Assembly: GCA_054661495.1 (NCBI GenBank)
Contig: BAAFSQ010000059.1
Span: 1-32,000 of the forward strand
Length of the DNA stretch: 32,000 nt
From: Zygophlyctis sp. KS116
Taxonomy: Eukaryota > Fungi > Chytridiomycota
Reading direction: 5' to 3'
Part shown: piece by piece, positions 23,242 to 32,000 of the stretch
Position numbering within the stretch: the first letter of the stretch is position 1
How the letters are laid out: every line of letters begins with the position of its first letter
Program-made: the position numbers and the translations under genes
The notes under the pieces: model-generated
The model's input: the letters and a program-made list of their open reading frames with translations, nothing else
What the model was told of the DNA's origin: nothing
Databases searched by the model: none

Positions 23242-24178
23242 CTAACAGCAAAGATCTTCATTCTGAAATGCCATTAATTTCTTTTCTTGAAGCTTTGACA
23301 AGTAAGGACCAAATACAGCCGAACCAAATCCAAGTCCCATAATAACAGCAAAAAACAAACCGATATTAAAGGTCATTGATATCAACATTAATAAGTATGT
23401 CCAACCCGCACCAAAAAATCTTGTACTTCCACGAATAATGGCATTTTTCATCCTTATCTGCATCGATGCCTCAATCCCACCATCAATAGTATCAATAATT
23501 TTGAAATGAACTATTTGATAGCCTTCATAGAGAAAAGCAAACAAAAAAATTATGATCCATCCTAAGAAATAAGCTCCATCTGTTTTTGGAACAGCACTTT
23601 CAAACAAAATATAGTCATTAATTCCTAAATATAAATTCAAGAGTTTGCATACCAGAATGAAAATACATTTTCATGACGGGTGCATTAGAAGCAATGTTCG
23701 CATTACAAAACTTAATTCCGTCAGTAGCCGAGCACATCTGATTCCATGAATTACATTGGCTCATTTCAGGCATTGCCCGACAAAGTTGACCATAAGTTCC
23801 TAGAAGGTCACAGTTTGCATAAGTTGAAGTATCGCTCGCAATCTTGCAATTGCTACATCCGTCCATATTCATTTCATTGCAAATCGAAAAAATAGCTCTA
23901 GTAGCAGTTTTGGAAGTTGGTAAATTAGGAAGAGGATTGCAATTATCACAGGTAGCATTCAAGCATGATCCCATTTTTGGCATATCATACATACAAATAT
24001 CAGCAAAAAGAGAGCTGTTTGAGCAGTAAGAAGAAGGGAGAACCGAAGAATCCTTAATACATTGATTCAACAGTGAGCAGCCCGGCATTCCAGGCATTTG
24101 ATTGCACAAAATATTCAATTCTGCAGATTGGCAATTTACTCCGAATAGAATGAAGAGAGTGATTATAAAGTGCCACAT
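23242..24178 (-). CDS. Ctr-family copper transporter with Cys/Met-rich extracellular N-terminus; intron 23625-23652
   Basis: Signal peptide, repeated C..MPxMxxC, MKMYFH.G, and TM motifs YLLMLISMTFN (MxxxM) and GLGFG. Confidence 0.9.
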
Positions 24179-24326
24179 TTCAGTTTATCCTTGACCTGCC
24201 GAGGAAATTTTGTCTGACGTCTAACGATCGTCGTCATCGAAATACTTACTAAATTATATTCTAATTAATTCCTCAAAAACTACAAAATATTAATTGAATT
24301 TGATCAAAAAGTGCTTGGTGACATCC

Positions 24327-25331
24327 TTAAATGCAGGCAAATTCACGAAAAAAATCACTGACTTGTCCGAAATCAAAGTTACTCTTCTTATCCAAGTCAA
24401 TTACATCATAATCAATATCCCACTGACTAGTGTAAGAGATTATATTATTGGGTTCCTCATCAAGTGAGTATTTGTTTGAAATTAATTTGTAGGATTTTGG
24501 CAAAAGTTGATCGATTTGTGTGATTATGGGTGATTTTCCAGAAAATGCAGACTCTTTGCTCCTTCTGTAAAACAAAAAATTGACATCATTATGAAACTTG
24601 CATTTTGTCACAAATGACGGCAGAATACCGCATATATCACATCCTGGAGCAAAACTGTGTTGTTTCTTTTTCAATTTCAAATGATCAGAGAATTTCGATG
24701 TTTTTGTCTTCTTTTCCTTCTTTTTGTAGTTACAATTTTCCAGATTAGAACTTTTGGGAATATTTCGCTTTTGATTTTTATCGACGAGCATGATTTTGAT
24801 ATTGGAGTCTTTATCAATTGATTTTTGGGTGATCTCTTGCGAATATTGGACCGAAGAACATACTTTCGAGTATTCAGTCTGTTTATCTTCTACTGAATTT
24901 GAATTATCTCCAAAAGAGCTAGATTCTTCAAACATTTCTTTAGATCTTTGAAAATCATCGATGGGCGGAATTTGGTTACTGTTCGATAAATCAAGACAAA
25001 TCTCTGTGAAATCTGAATGGCCAGAGTTGCTAGAATTATCATCAATATTATTTGAATCATTCATAGGCTCAAACCGCTCAGGTTGTTCAAGTTTGACTCT
25101 TTCAGTTTTACCATGTTCGGACAAACTCTTGGAGTTGTCGATAACAAATATGTAAGCCTTTTTCTTAACATTCGAAGAGCTCTCATTGCTACTGAACGTT
25201 GTACTATGAGCGTTTTCAGTAAAGCTCCTGTCCCAGATGTTTACACCTGCTTCAGCAAATGATCCATAAGTTTCTATTATGAAATTATCTTCATGATCAA
25301 ATGGTTCTTTTGATTCATAAGAAAGATCCAT
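24327..25331 (-). CDS. Hypothetical low-complexity protein, 334 aa
   Basis: Long open frame, Ser/Asn/acidic-rich with a basic patch; no recognised domain. Confidence 0.55.
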   Translation of the reverse strand: MDLSYESKEPFDHEDNFIIETYGSFAEAGVNIWDRSFTENAHSTTFSSNESSSNVKKKAYIFVIDNSKSLSEHGKTERVKLEQPERFEPMNDSNNIDDNSSNSGHSDFTEICLDLSNSNQIPPIDDFQRSKEMFEESSSFGDNSNSVEDKQTEYSKVCSSVQYSQEITQKSIDKDSNIKIMLVDKNQKRNIPKSSNLENCNYKKKEKKTKTSKFSDHLKLKKKQHSFAPGCDICGILPSFVTKCKFHNDVNFLFYRRSKESAFSGKSPIITQIDQLLPKSYKLISNKYSLDEEPNNIISYTSQWDIDYDVIDLDKKSNFDFGQVSDFFREFACI

Positions 25332-25421
25332 CTATTGACTCTAGAATATTTTCTTAGTTACGTCGGTATGACGTTGGTGTTTATTTTGTCATAAACGAAA
25401 TCATAAAATATTTAAGTATAA

Positions 25422-28203
25422 TTAAACAGTTGTCAATTTAGTTTTTATAATGCTACGCAACAAATCGGATTGCTGCTCAAATCGAGAAGGGTCTGATGTA
25501 TTTTTTGATTCGTCAGGCGAAGCTTTAACCATTTTGTATACATTTACAACGCCATTATCATCACCAGACAAAACAACCGACGATTCATTTCCAAAAGTAA
25601 TAGATGTCAATTGTCTATCGAGTACTGATTGGACAATGATCGGATCTAGCCTAAAATATTATTTCAAAATTTTGTTTGTACACAGAATAACGCAAGTCCC
25701 ACAGCTCTAGGCGACCATCACAAGTAACTCCGCCAAATATTGTACTTTCGATGGGTGACCAAGCTATATCTGTAACAGCATCCTATTAATTGTTAATTAA
25801 TTTAATTTCATTACTTTTCCATTTTGAAATTTAAAAATATCGGTATCATCATCTTGATTCCAGAGCCTGATGGTCCAATCGGCTGAGCATGACAAAAAAA
25901 TATTGCTTAAATATGGAGACCATTTGACTTTATAAACAGGGCCACTATGTCCAGAATATGATTCTAAGTATTGTTCATTATATGAAGACGAGCATCGATG
26001 AATAAAACCATCCTCTGTTCCAACAATGTATGTATTGCTCTCTTTTGAATGGAAATCAAAGCATAATCCTCCAGATTGCCTTGAAATAAAACTTGAAACT
26101 TTGGGTGCTGATCCAGATCCAGCTTTGTTTGTACTTTTCAGGAGCATTAAATCTTTAGATTTAGTATTTCAAAATCATACTGTTAGATTCTAACCCTTTG
26201 CGAATCTGCCACTGCGTTATTCTTCCGTCAGTTGAAACGGACACCAAATATTCGCCATCGGTTTGATCATCGGTTGAGATGTTTTCTTTTCGAATCCACT
26301 TGATTTCCCAGACTGGATCATGATGCTTCAAACTTCTTAATTTAAGAAACTATGATATTACCCAGCCTCTAAAATTTGGGATGCTCCTTTTGTTCGGACA
26401 TCATATATAATAACGCGACCATCCTGGAATCCGGCAGCTAGAAGATTGGGATTGTTGTGAGCAAAATCTAATGCAGTTACCGATGAACTTGTAGGATATT
26501 GTCGCTCTGGCCACTTATAATTAATTTACACGGAAAATACTTCTGGATTTTTGACAGACCATACTAGAATGAGACCATTATCTTCAGCTTGAATATCTGT
26601 GTTTTTTCCATAAGCAACCGCCAATATGTCCTTAACATCAACTAGTCATAAATACCTCATTGGCTTTATTAAAAGCCATGCTCATAACTTCCCTTCCGCG
26701 AGTCAGCTCGCAACGATAACACCAAAGTAATTGCAGCGAATGGGCGAAATTCGTATTTTCAAGGACATCAACCTGATCTATAATGTAAATTATATAATCC
26801 ATACCTGTGGCATTTTGCTCAGGGTATTCTTCCTGGTCGGAATTATCATCTCCATTATCTTCGGCATTTTTGGCCTGTTGTGATAAATATAGCAACCTTT
26901 TTCCTTCCATCGCTTCAGCATCAACCAGATCTCGATAGCTGATCAACTTTTTTTCATAGTTATTTGAAACAATAGCCTTTTCCATCAAAAGTAAGGAAGC
27001 TAAAATATTTTTTTGATTAAGTTGAGATAAGTCCTTCTCAACTACTGTAATCACTGCAGGCTCTTGAGTAGTCATTCCTGTCGTATCACTTATATGCGAG
27101 GACATAATACTGGTGTAAACAGTTTCTGAATTAACATCGTCATTTCCAAAAATTGTCTTTGAAGCTATCACATTGCTTGATGATATATCATTACTTAAAG
27201 CGCCAGATCCTAATGATGTTTCTCCTTTTAGTGGGTCGATTATGTTTTCTGCATCATTTTCTTTTTGACTAATATCATAAATCAAGGCTAAATTACTTAT
27301 CATCTGAATTCTTATTTGCATCTCCAGTATTAAAAGCATCAAATATGCTCCATGCATTTACCATCACCTCTGAATCTTCAAATTTCTGAGCAGTAGCTTG
27401 AATATCCTTGTTTTTTTTCGCATTATTGAAAGTCTGCATTCCTTTTTCAACAAAGTTCTCATTATTCAATTTTGTAGATTTTAACTGAATCTTTAGCTAT
27501 AAAAATTCACCTCTTTATATCTTGCATTAGTAGTCCTGACAAAAGCCACATCATCAACTGTTTCATTTGATATACTTAAAGATGGAAGATCAAACAAAGT
27601 GATTGTATCTGTTTCGACTAAATTAATGTGTACGTATCTGTTTGGATCATTTTCTATAGGTTCGGACTTTAACGAAAGTCGATAGCGAGTTTTCTCTAAT
27701 TCTTAGATAAAATAATTACCAATTATATCATCTTTTTCATAAATTGAATCAACTGATCCAGCTGATGAATTTCTATCTTCTTCATCCTCTGAAGTTTCGC
27801 TTTGAGATGTTTTACTAGACTGACTCATCCCAGACTTTCCAAACCCAGAATTCGCCCAAGAACTTGTACTTAGCGATTCCAAATTATTCAAAACATCTGC
27901 AACCGTTTCCTATAATTAATAGTATTCATTTACCCTTGTTATTACTGATGATTCAACTGCATTCGATAGTACCGCAGCTTTATTCTTTGTGGCACTTAAA
28001 AGACTGAGTGGAGTAACATCCAATCCATTCTCATCTATGACTGTGACATTAACTTCTGGAGCCTTTAGTTTTCCTAATAGCGCTTGTGATGCTCTTGCTA
28101 CGGACATTCTTGAGCTTCCGTATTGAGAGCCCATTCCTGTGACATTCATACGGGAATGAGTCTGTGAATTAGATTTATCTTCCCTTCTTCCTGGACGCTT
28201 CAT
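25422..28203 (-). CDS. WDR78: Axonemal dynein intermediate chain WDR78/DNAI4 (IC138-like); about 11 introns
   Basis: VTVIDENGLDVTPLSL, VEKGMQTFN, LLWCYRCELTRGREV, KNPEWPER, HHDPVW, YIVGTEDGFIHRCSSSYNEQYL and FLSCSADW. Introns 27910-27933, 27696-27719, 27485-27510, 27269-27296, 26778-26804, 26631-26655, 26514-26540, 26336-26361, 26153-26180, 25783-25814 and 25651-25681. Confidence 0.92.
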
Positions 28204-28404
28204 AAAGTTAACGGGAGATTTTCGGACAGAACGTGTGTAACTTACGTGATTCCGTAACGGGACCTGAATTTCCCTCTTTGAATCTCTGAGTTTTCTTTTA
28301 ATAAAAATAGATCAGATTGTAAGAAGAAAAATTATTAATGATGGTTCAGGATATAGTCTGATTTCAAAATTTACACGATTTTTTATTTAAAATCCAATTG
28401 ATTT

Positions 28405-29097
28405 TTAATCAACTATTTCAGGTTTTGATTCAGTTTCAGGTTCACTTGGAGGAGGCGCCGGCGTTTCTGGCACATGGACAACTGATTCAATCTTTGGTTC
28501 TCCTTCTTTTGCTGTTTGAGGTTTTGATTCAGTTTCATTTTTGCTATATATATCCTTTAAGCTAATGCAAAGTCCCGTTGCATCCGCCTTTATATTTGTG
28601 TAGAGGCATACACCATTCTCGCATGCATCATTTTTAGGGCCGCCGCACTTTTTAAGATGAGTAGCCAGTTTATGTAATTCATCTTTTTGAATATCATTGG
28701 CACCTATTTTTGGAACGCATTTTCCTATTGGATGCATACAATTTGGCGTCATGGCCAAACATCGAAAATCTGGCAATTCACAAACAAAATTTTCTTCACA
28801 TCCAACATGTGGAAATCCTCCACATTCTTTTCCTTTATTTTCAGTTTGAGGATCATTTTCAGTTGAGTCTGTTGATCCAGTGCAAACACCCCATGCTTCC
28901 TTCTTTGCACCCTTCTTTGCATCCTTAGAACCCGATAGTTTACAATAACCGCTCACACATTGAATCTTATCAGGACCGCCACACTTTTCCCCAACTGTTG
29001 GTGGTAATGCTGGTCCAGCTGGCAATACTGTGGCGATTTGAGCCGGATAGGCAGTCACTAGAGAGAGAAGAGCTAAAGATATTTGAATTGATTTCAT
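28405..29097 (-). CDS. Secreted protein with three CGG...C..C..G.C cysteine modules
   Basis: Signal peptide; KCGGPDKIQCVSGYC, ECGGFPHVGCEENFVC and KCGGPKNDACENGVC; Pro/Glu-rich tail with ETESKP twice (19-bp repeat at 28420-28438 and 28519-28537). Confidence 0.75.
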   Translation of the reverse strand: MKSIQISLALLSLVTAYPAQIATVLPAGPALPPTVGEKCGGPDKIQCVSGYCKLSGSKDAKKGAKKEAWGVCTGSTDSTENDPQTENKGKECGGFPHVGCEENFVCELPDFRCLAMTPNCMHPIGKCVPKIGANDIQKDELHKLATHLKKCGGPKNDACENGVCLYTNIKADATGLCISLKDIYSKNETESKPQTAKEGEPKIESVVHVPETPAPPPSEPETESKPEIVD

Positions 29098-29426
29098 TTT
29101 TTTAATAATCTATTGCGGCGTGGCGTCTAAACGGCCATACGGTGGCTTCCGATCGGCATTGACGAAGATCAGTTCATAATTTGAATCTGATGCAATATCA
29201 AGCCATATAATAAGGTTATAATTTATGGTATAATTTAGTAAAATCACTGATTGTCCGATATTTATAGTTTACAGTTGAGTCGAGTTGTTTAGAGTTGGTT
29301 TCACTTTAGAAGTAGTAGAAAAAGAACTAAAATGACTCAGAATGAATATAATTTTTAATTAGAGGCATATCACAAACTTGAACTATTTCATTAAAATATT
29401 TTTAAATTTGATCTTCGCACTACAAA

Positions 29427-30372
29427 ATGTTCCCAAACTGCCCAAACGTAGAAAAAACATCATTCATGTCTTTATTTTTCCTTGCGATAGTAACTTTGTT
29501 AATTACATTTAGTATCCTTCTAAACTACAACTCTGCGGTTATTTTGAATAGACTCACTGATCCTCCTAAACTGCGAAATCTCGGTTGGACTGCATATTTT
29601 GGACTTTTAGGCATAGTTTTCACATTGGAATTTTATGAAATATCAGACAGATTCATAGACTTTTTAAAGAGAATTTGTGTTTGGATTCTGTTCCAGTCTA
29701 TAATGCATGAATACAATGCTAGATCTTATTTAAACGATACTACTGAAGATTCGACATTTGTTACTCCGGAAGAAGAGTTTCCTATTCTTTCAAACCAATC
29801 AGACAATCATCAGGAAGATCATCAGGTAGAAATTAGGCAAGATCAGGAAGGCAGCGTAAATGTAACTCTAGATAAAACACATGAAATTTGGTCAATAATA
29901 GCAATGGTTACATTAATATTATCAATATTTTGTGTTTTCTTTCAGAAATTCTTATTGGTGTTTTACGTGATGCAAGTAATTCCAGTTTTTGGAATATTTA
30001 GTCTTTACGTTTTTAGAAGTGGGCCTTCAACTATTGCTAAATTTCTACTGTTTTTAGGACTGATATTTAATTTTACAAGTTGGGTTTCAACATCAGTACA
30101 GTTGGAAATCGTCAAATATTTAATTCAAGGAGAGGATTACGCATTGAAAATGTGTATTGTTCCTCCTTACTGGTGGGGAGATCCTCCAAGAGGGTAATTT
30201 AAAATTATTAAGTTAAAGATGGGCATCTTGGATCGATGTGATTGCTTGGTTAGGAGTATTGAGTTACCTTTTGGTTTACATGTTTATAAAAGTGGAATTT
30301 AAGAGGAATTTAGAATTAGAAATCGTGGATGCTATAAGGCATGTTCAGAGGACATTTGATTTTGCTATATAA
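29427..30372 (+). CDS. Uncharacterised multi-pass membrane protein; intron 30194-30218
   Basis: Several hydrophobic helices; splicing extends the ORF with WASWIDV...KVEFKRNLE...VQRTFDFAI*. Confidence 0.7.
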
Positions 30373-30498
30373 GAAATTTTATTCAATTGAATACGTGCAT
30401 TAAATTTCCATATTTTTGACAATTACAGGACAAAACATTTGCAAATTATTATACGCAGCAGCGAGGGATAAATTCTTGATCTTCTTCAACATTTACAA

Positions 30499-30645
30499 AT
30501 GTTACTAATGAATTCTAATCAATGCTCTAATTATTCTAGACCAGGCGCTGGAAAGGGAATGGGACCAGGAAATGCAGGAGGATGGCCAAGTACGACTGGA
30601 AATAAATCAGGATCTGGACGATCTAATAATCCACCTAAAAAATAG
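30499..30645 (+). CDS. Small Gly-rich peptide, 48 aa (or 45 aa from ATG 30508), below the ORF-track cutoff
   Basis: MLLMNSNQCSNYSRPGAGKGMGPGNAGGWPSTTGNKSGSGRSNNPPKK*. Strong in-frame GGA codon periodicity in AT-rich surroundings; AATAAA at ~30655. Confidence 0.65.
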   Translation: MLLMNSNQCSNYSRPGAGKGMGPGNAGGWPSTTGNKSGSGRSNNPPKK

Positions 30646-30978
30646 GATACTTGGAATAAAATGCTTAATAGCTTAAGCAATCTGATTAATTTCTTTTTTG
30701 AGTTTGATTAAACAATGAGATAAACCTTTCGGACATCATTTTTCGGACATTCAAATTTTGTTGAACAATTTAATCATGATCATTTCATCTTATCTATAAT
30801 TTCTAGTCTGGTAAATTCCTTTTGAACGACAATCCCAGTAATCCCAAAATATAGCCCTCATCCCATTTGAATATTCATAGAGTCATCCTTTTAACAACGA
30901 TAAATATTTCGGGTTTACTTTCAAAAATATGTGCGAGCGTGTCGAACAAACAACGTACGTCATTTGACTTTCCAAAAA

Positions 30979-31867
30979 ATGAGTACTGTTATCCCAGAAT
31001 CGATCGGTCCAAATAATAAGTCCAGAGCTCAATTAATAAACTTTTTGTCACAGCAGAAATCTAAAACCCATATGTACTACAAGAATAATAATCTTTAGAG
31101 TCCGAAATCATTTCAGGGCGCATTCCAATGAAACAGATATTTCAATTGGTAGACATAGAATGCATGAATGGAGAGATTCAGATCCGGACATTGAATCAAA
31201 AGATGATAAATTGTATAATAATTCAATTTTAAAGAAAGTGATTTTATTGATCAAATCGCACATTTAACGCATTCAAAGTAAAACTTTTAATATTTATCAT
31301 AGTATTTCTGTCAAGGACAAAAAATATGAAATTCTCTATGAAAAACAGCGAATGCATGATTTAGGAGTAAGAGAACGATTATTTCAGGAAACGATTGAAA
31401 TGCAAAAAGAAATTCAACAATTTGCAGTTAAAATCACTGAAAAAGGACAAGCGGTCAACAATCTTACAAATGCATTAGAGATCAAGATGAAGAAAAAAGA
31501 CTGTTTAGATCTAATTTTAGGAGAATTAATGTTTCAAATGGATAGATTTACGAATAGAATGCAACAAGTAGAGAGAATCAATTCAGCCGTTTCTCAAGCA
31601 CAGGCTTTAGCTGCAAAAAAGGCAAAAACAAACAGATTAACAGGAATTAAAGGAACAGTACTTGGCGGAAATAACAGTAACATGCTGGGTAGCATATATG
31701 CAATGAATAAGTATTTTCCATTTGATATAATATTTAGAGTAAGATCTTCTAGATCAGCAGGATTAAATAATGCGACGAAAGGATCTCAATATCTTGACAA
31801 TTCTAGAAATTTATCAAGACATGCGATTAATATTGCATCGAGAATGAATATTTCTGATCTTAAATAA
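30979..31867 (+). CDS. Hypothetical coiled-coil protein; introns 31074-31098, 31213-31238, 31278-31302 and probably 31711-31737
   Basis: Removing three 25-26 nt GT-AG introns links ATG 30979 in frame to ORF 31352-31867. Confidence 0.6.
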
Positions 31868-32000
31868 AAATTGTTGATTGATTTGCTCATTATCCAAGTC
31901 CGATAATTTTAGGTCGCTGTTCGGACACCAGCTGATAACTCCAAAACGCCTTTACAGCAATTTACAGGCCTAACTTTGATTGCAGATCCCTATTATTGAT

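Noticed and set aside
27497-27510. Possible 14-nt intron in WDR78
   Set aside because: The in-frame 26-nt alternative (27485-27510) fits expected protein spacing and the intron size class better.
3594-28928. Short antisense or alternate-frame ORFs in the track (e.g. 3594-3824, 6092-6334, 14488-14878, 24961-25155, 28710-28928)
   Set aside because: They are shadows of well-supported genes and show no independent motifs.
29112-29175. GC-rich patch with ACGGCCATAC resembling a 5S rRNA 5' end
   Set aside because: Similarity stops after about 10 nt; there is no box A/C, 3' pairing strand or 120-nt structure. More likely promoter DNA.
5782-31867. Fragmented ORFs as pseudogenes, frameshifting or an alternative genetic code
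   Set aside because: All breaks coincide with GT-AG micro-introns, and the standard code gives intact conserved motifs.
1-32000. CRISPR arrays, tRNA or rRNA genes
   Set aside because: No repeat-spacer periodicity, cloverleaf or rRNA signature was seen by eye.

Overview
Eukaryotic, AT-rich and extremely compact genomic DNA, most likely from a flagellated (zoosporic, chytrid-type) fungus. Fungal-type genes (Pam17, Sip3/Lam1-type BAR-PH-GRAM-VASt, CAP10-like GT90) sit next to flagellar genes (IFT70/TTC30, WDR78/DNAI4). The first ~3.4 kb holds a decayed Ty3/Gypsy chromovirus (RT-RNaseH-integrase-chromodomain, PPT and a 158-bp 3' LTR) next to a hAT transposase relic. The rest is about 19 tightly packed genes. 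Their ORF-track fragments join up once about 50 ultra-short GT-AG introns are removed; all were mapped by hand and nearly all are 23-32 nt. Several spacers are only 20-50 nt, and two convergent genes have overlapping stop codons. The main leads are the miniature-intron system, a TKACGT motif next to start codons plus a TGTCCGA motif, an unannotated 48-aa Gly-rich 'GGWPSTTGN-SG-GR-NN' micropeptide, a PPR/PIN-nuclease/PPR cluster, a PIP kinase with a predicted membrane anchor and a large activation-loop insert, and a degenerate Rho-like GTPase. All family calls come from motif recognition; no database searches were run.
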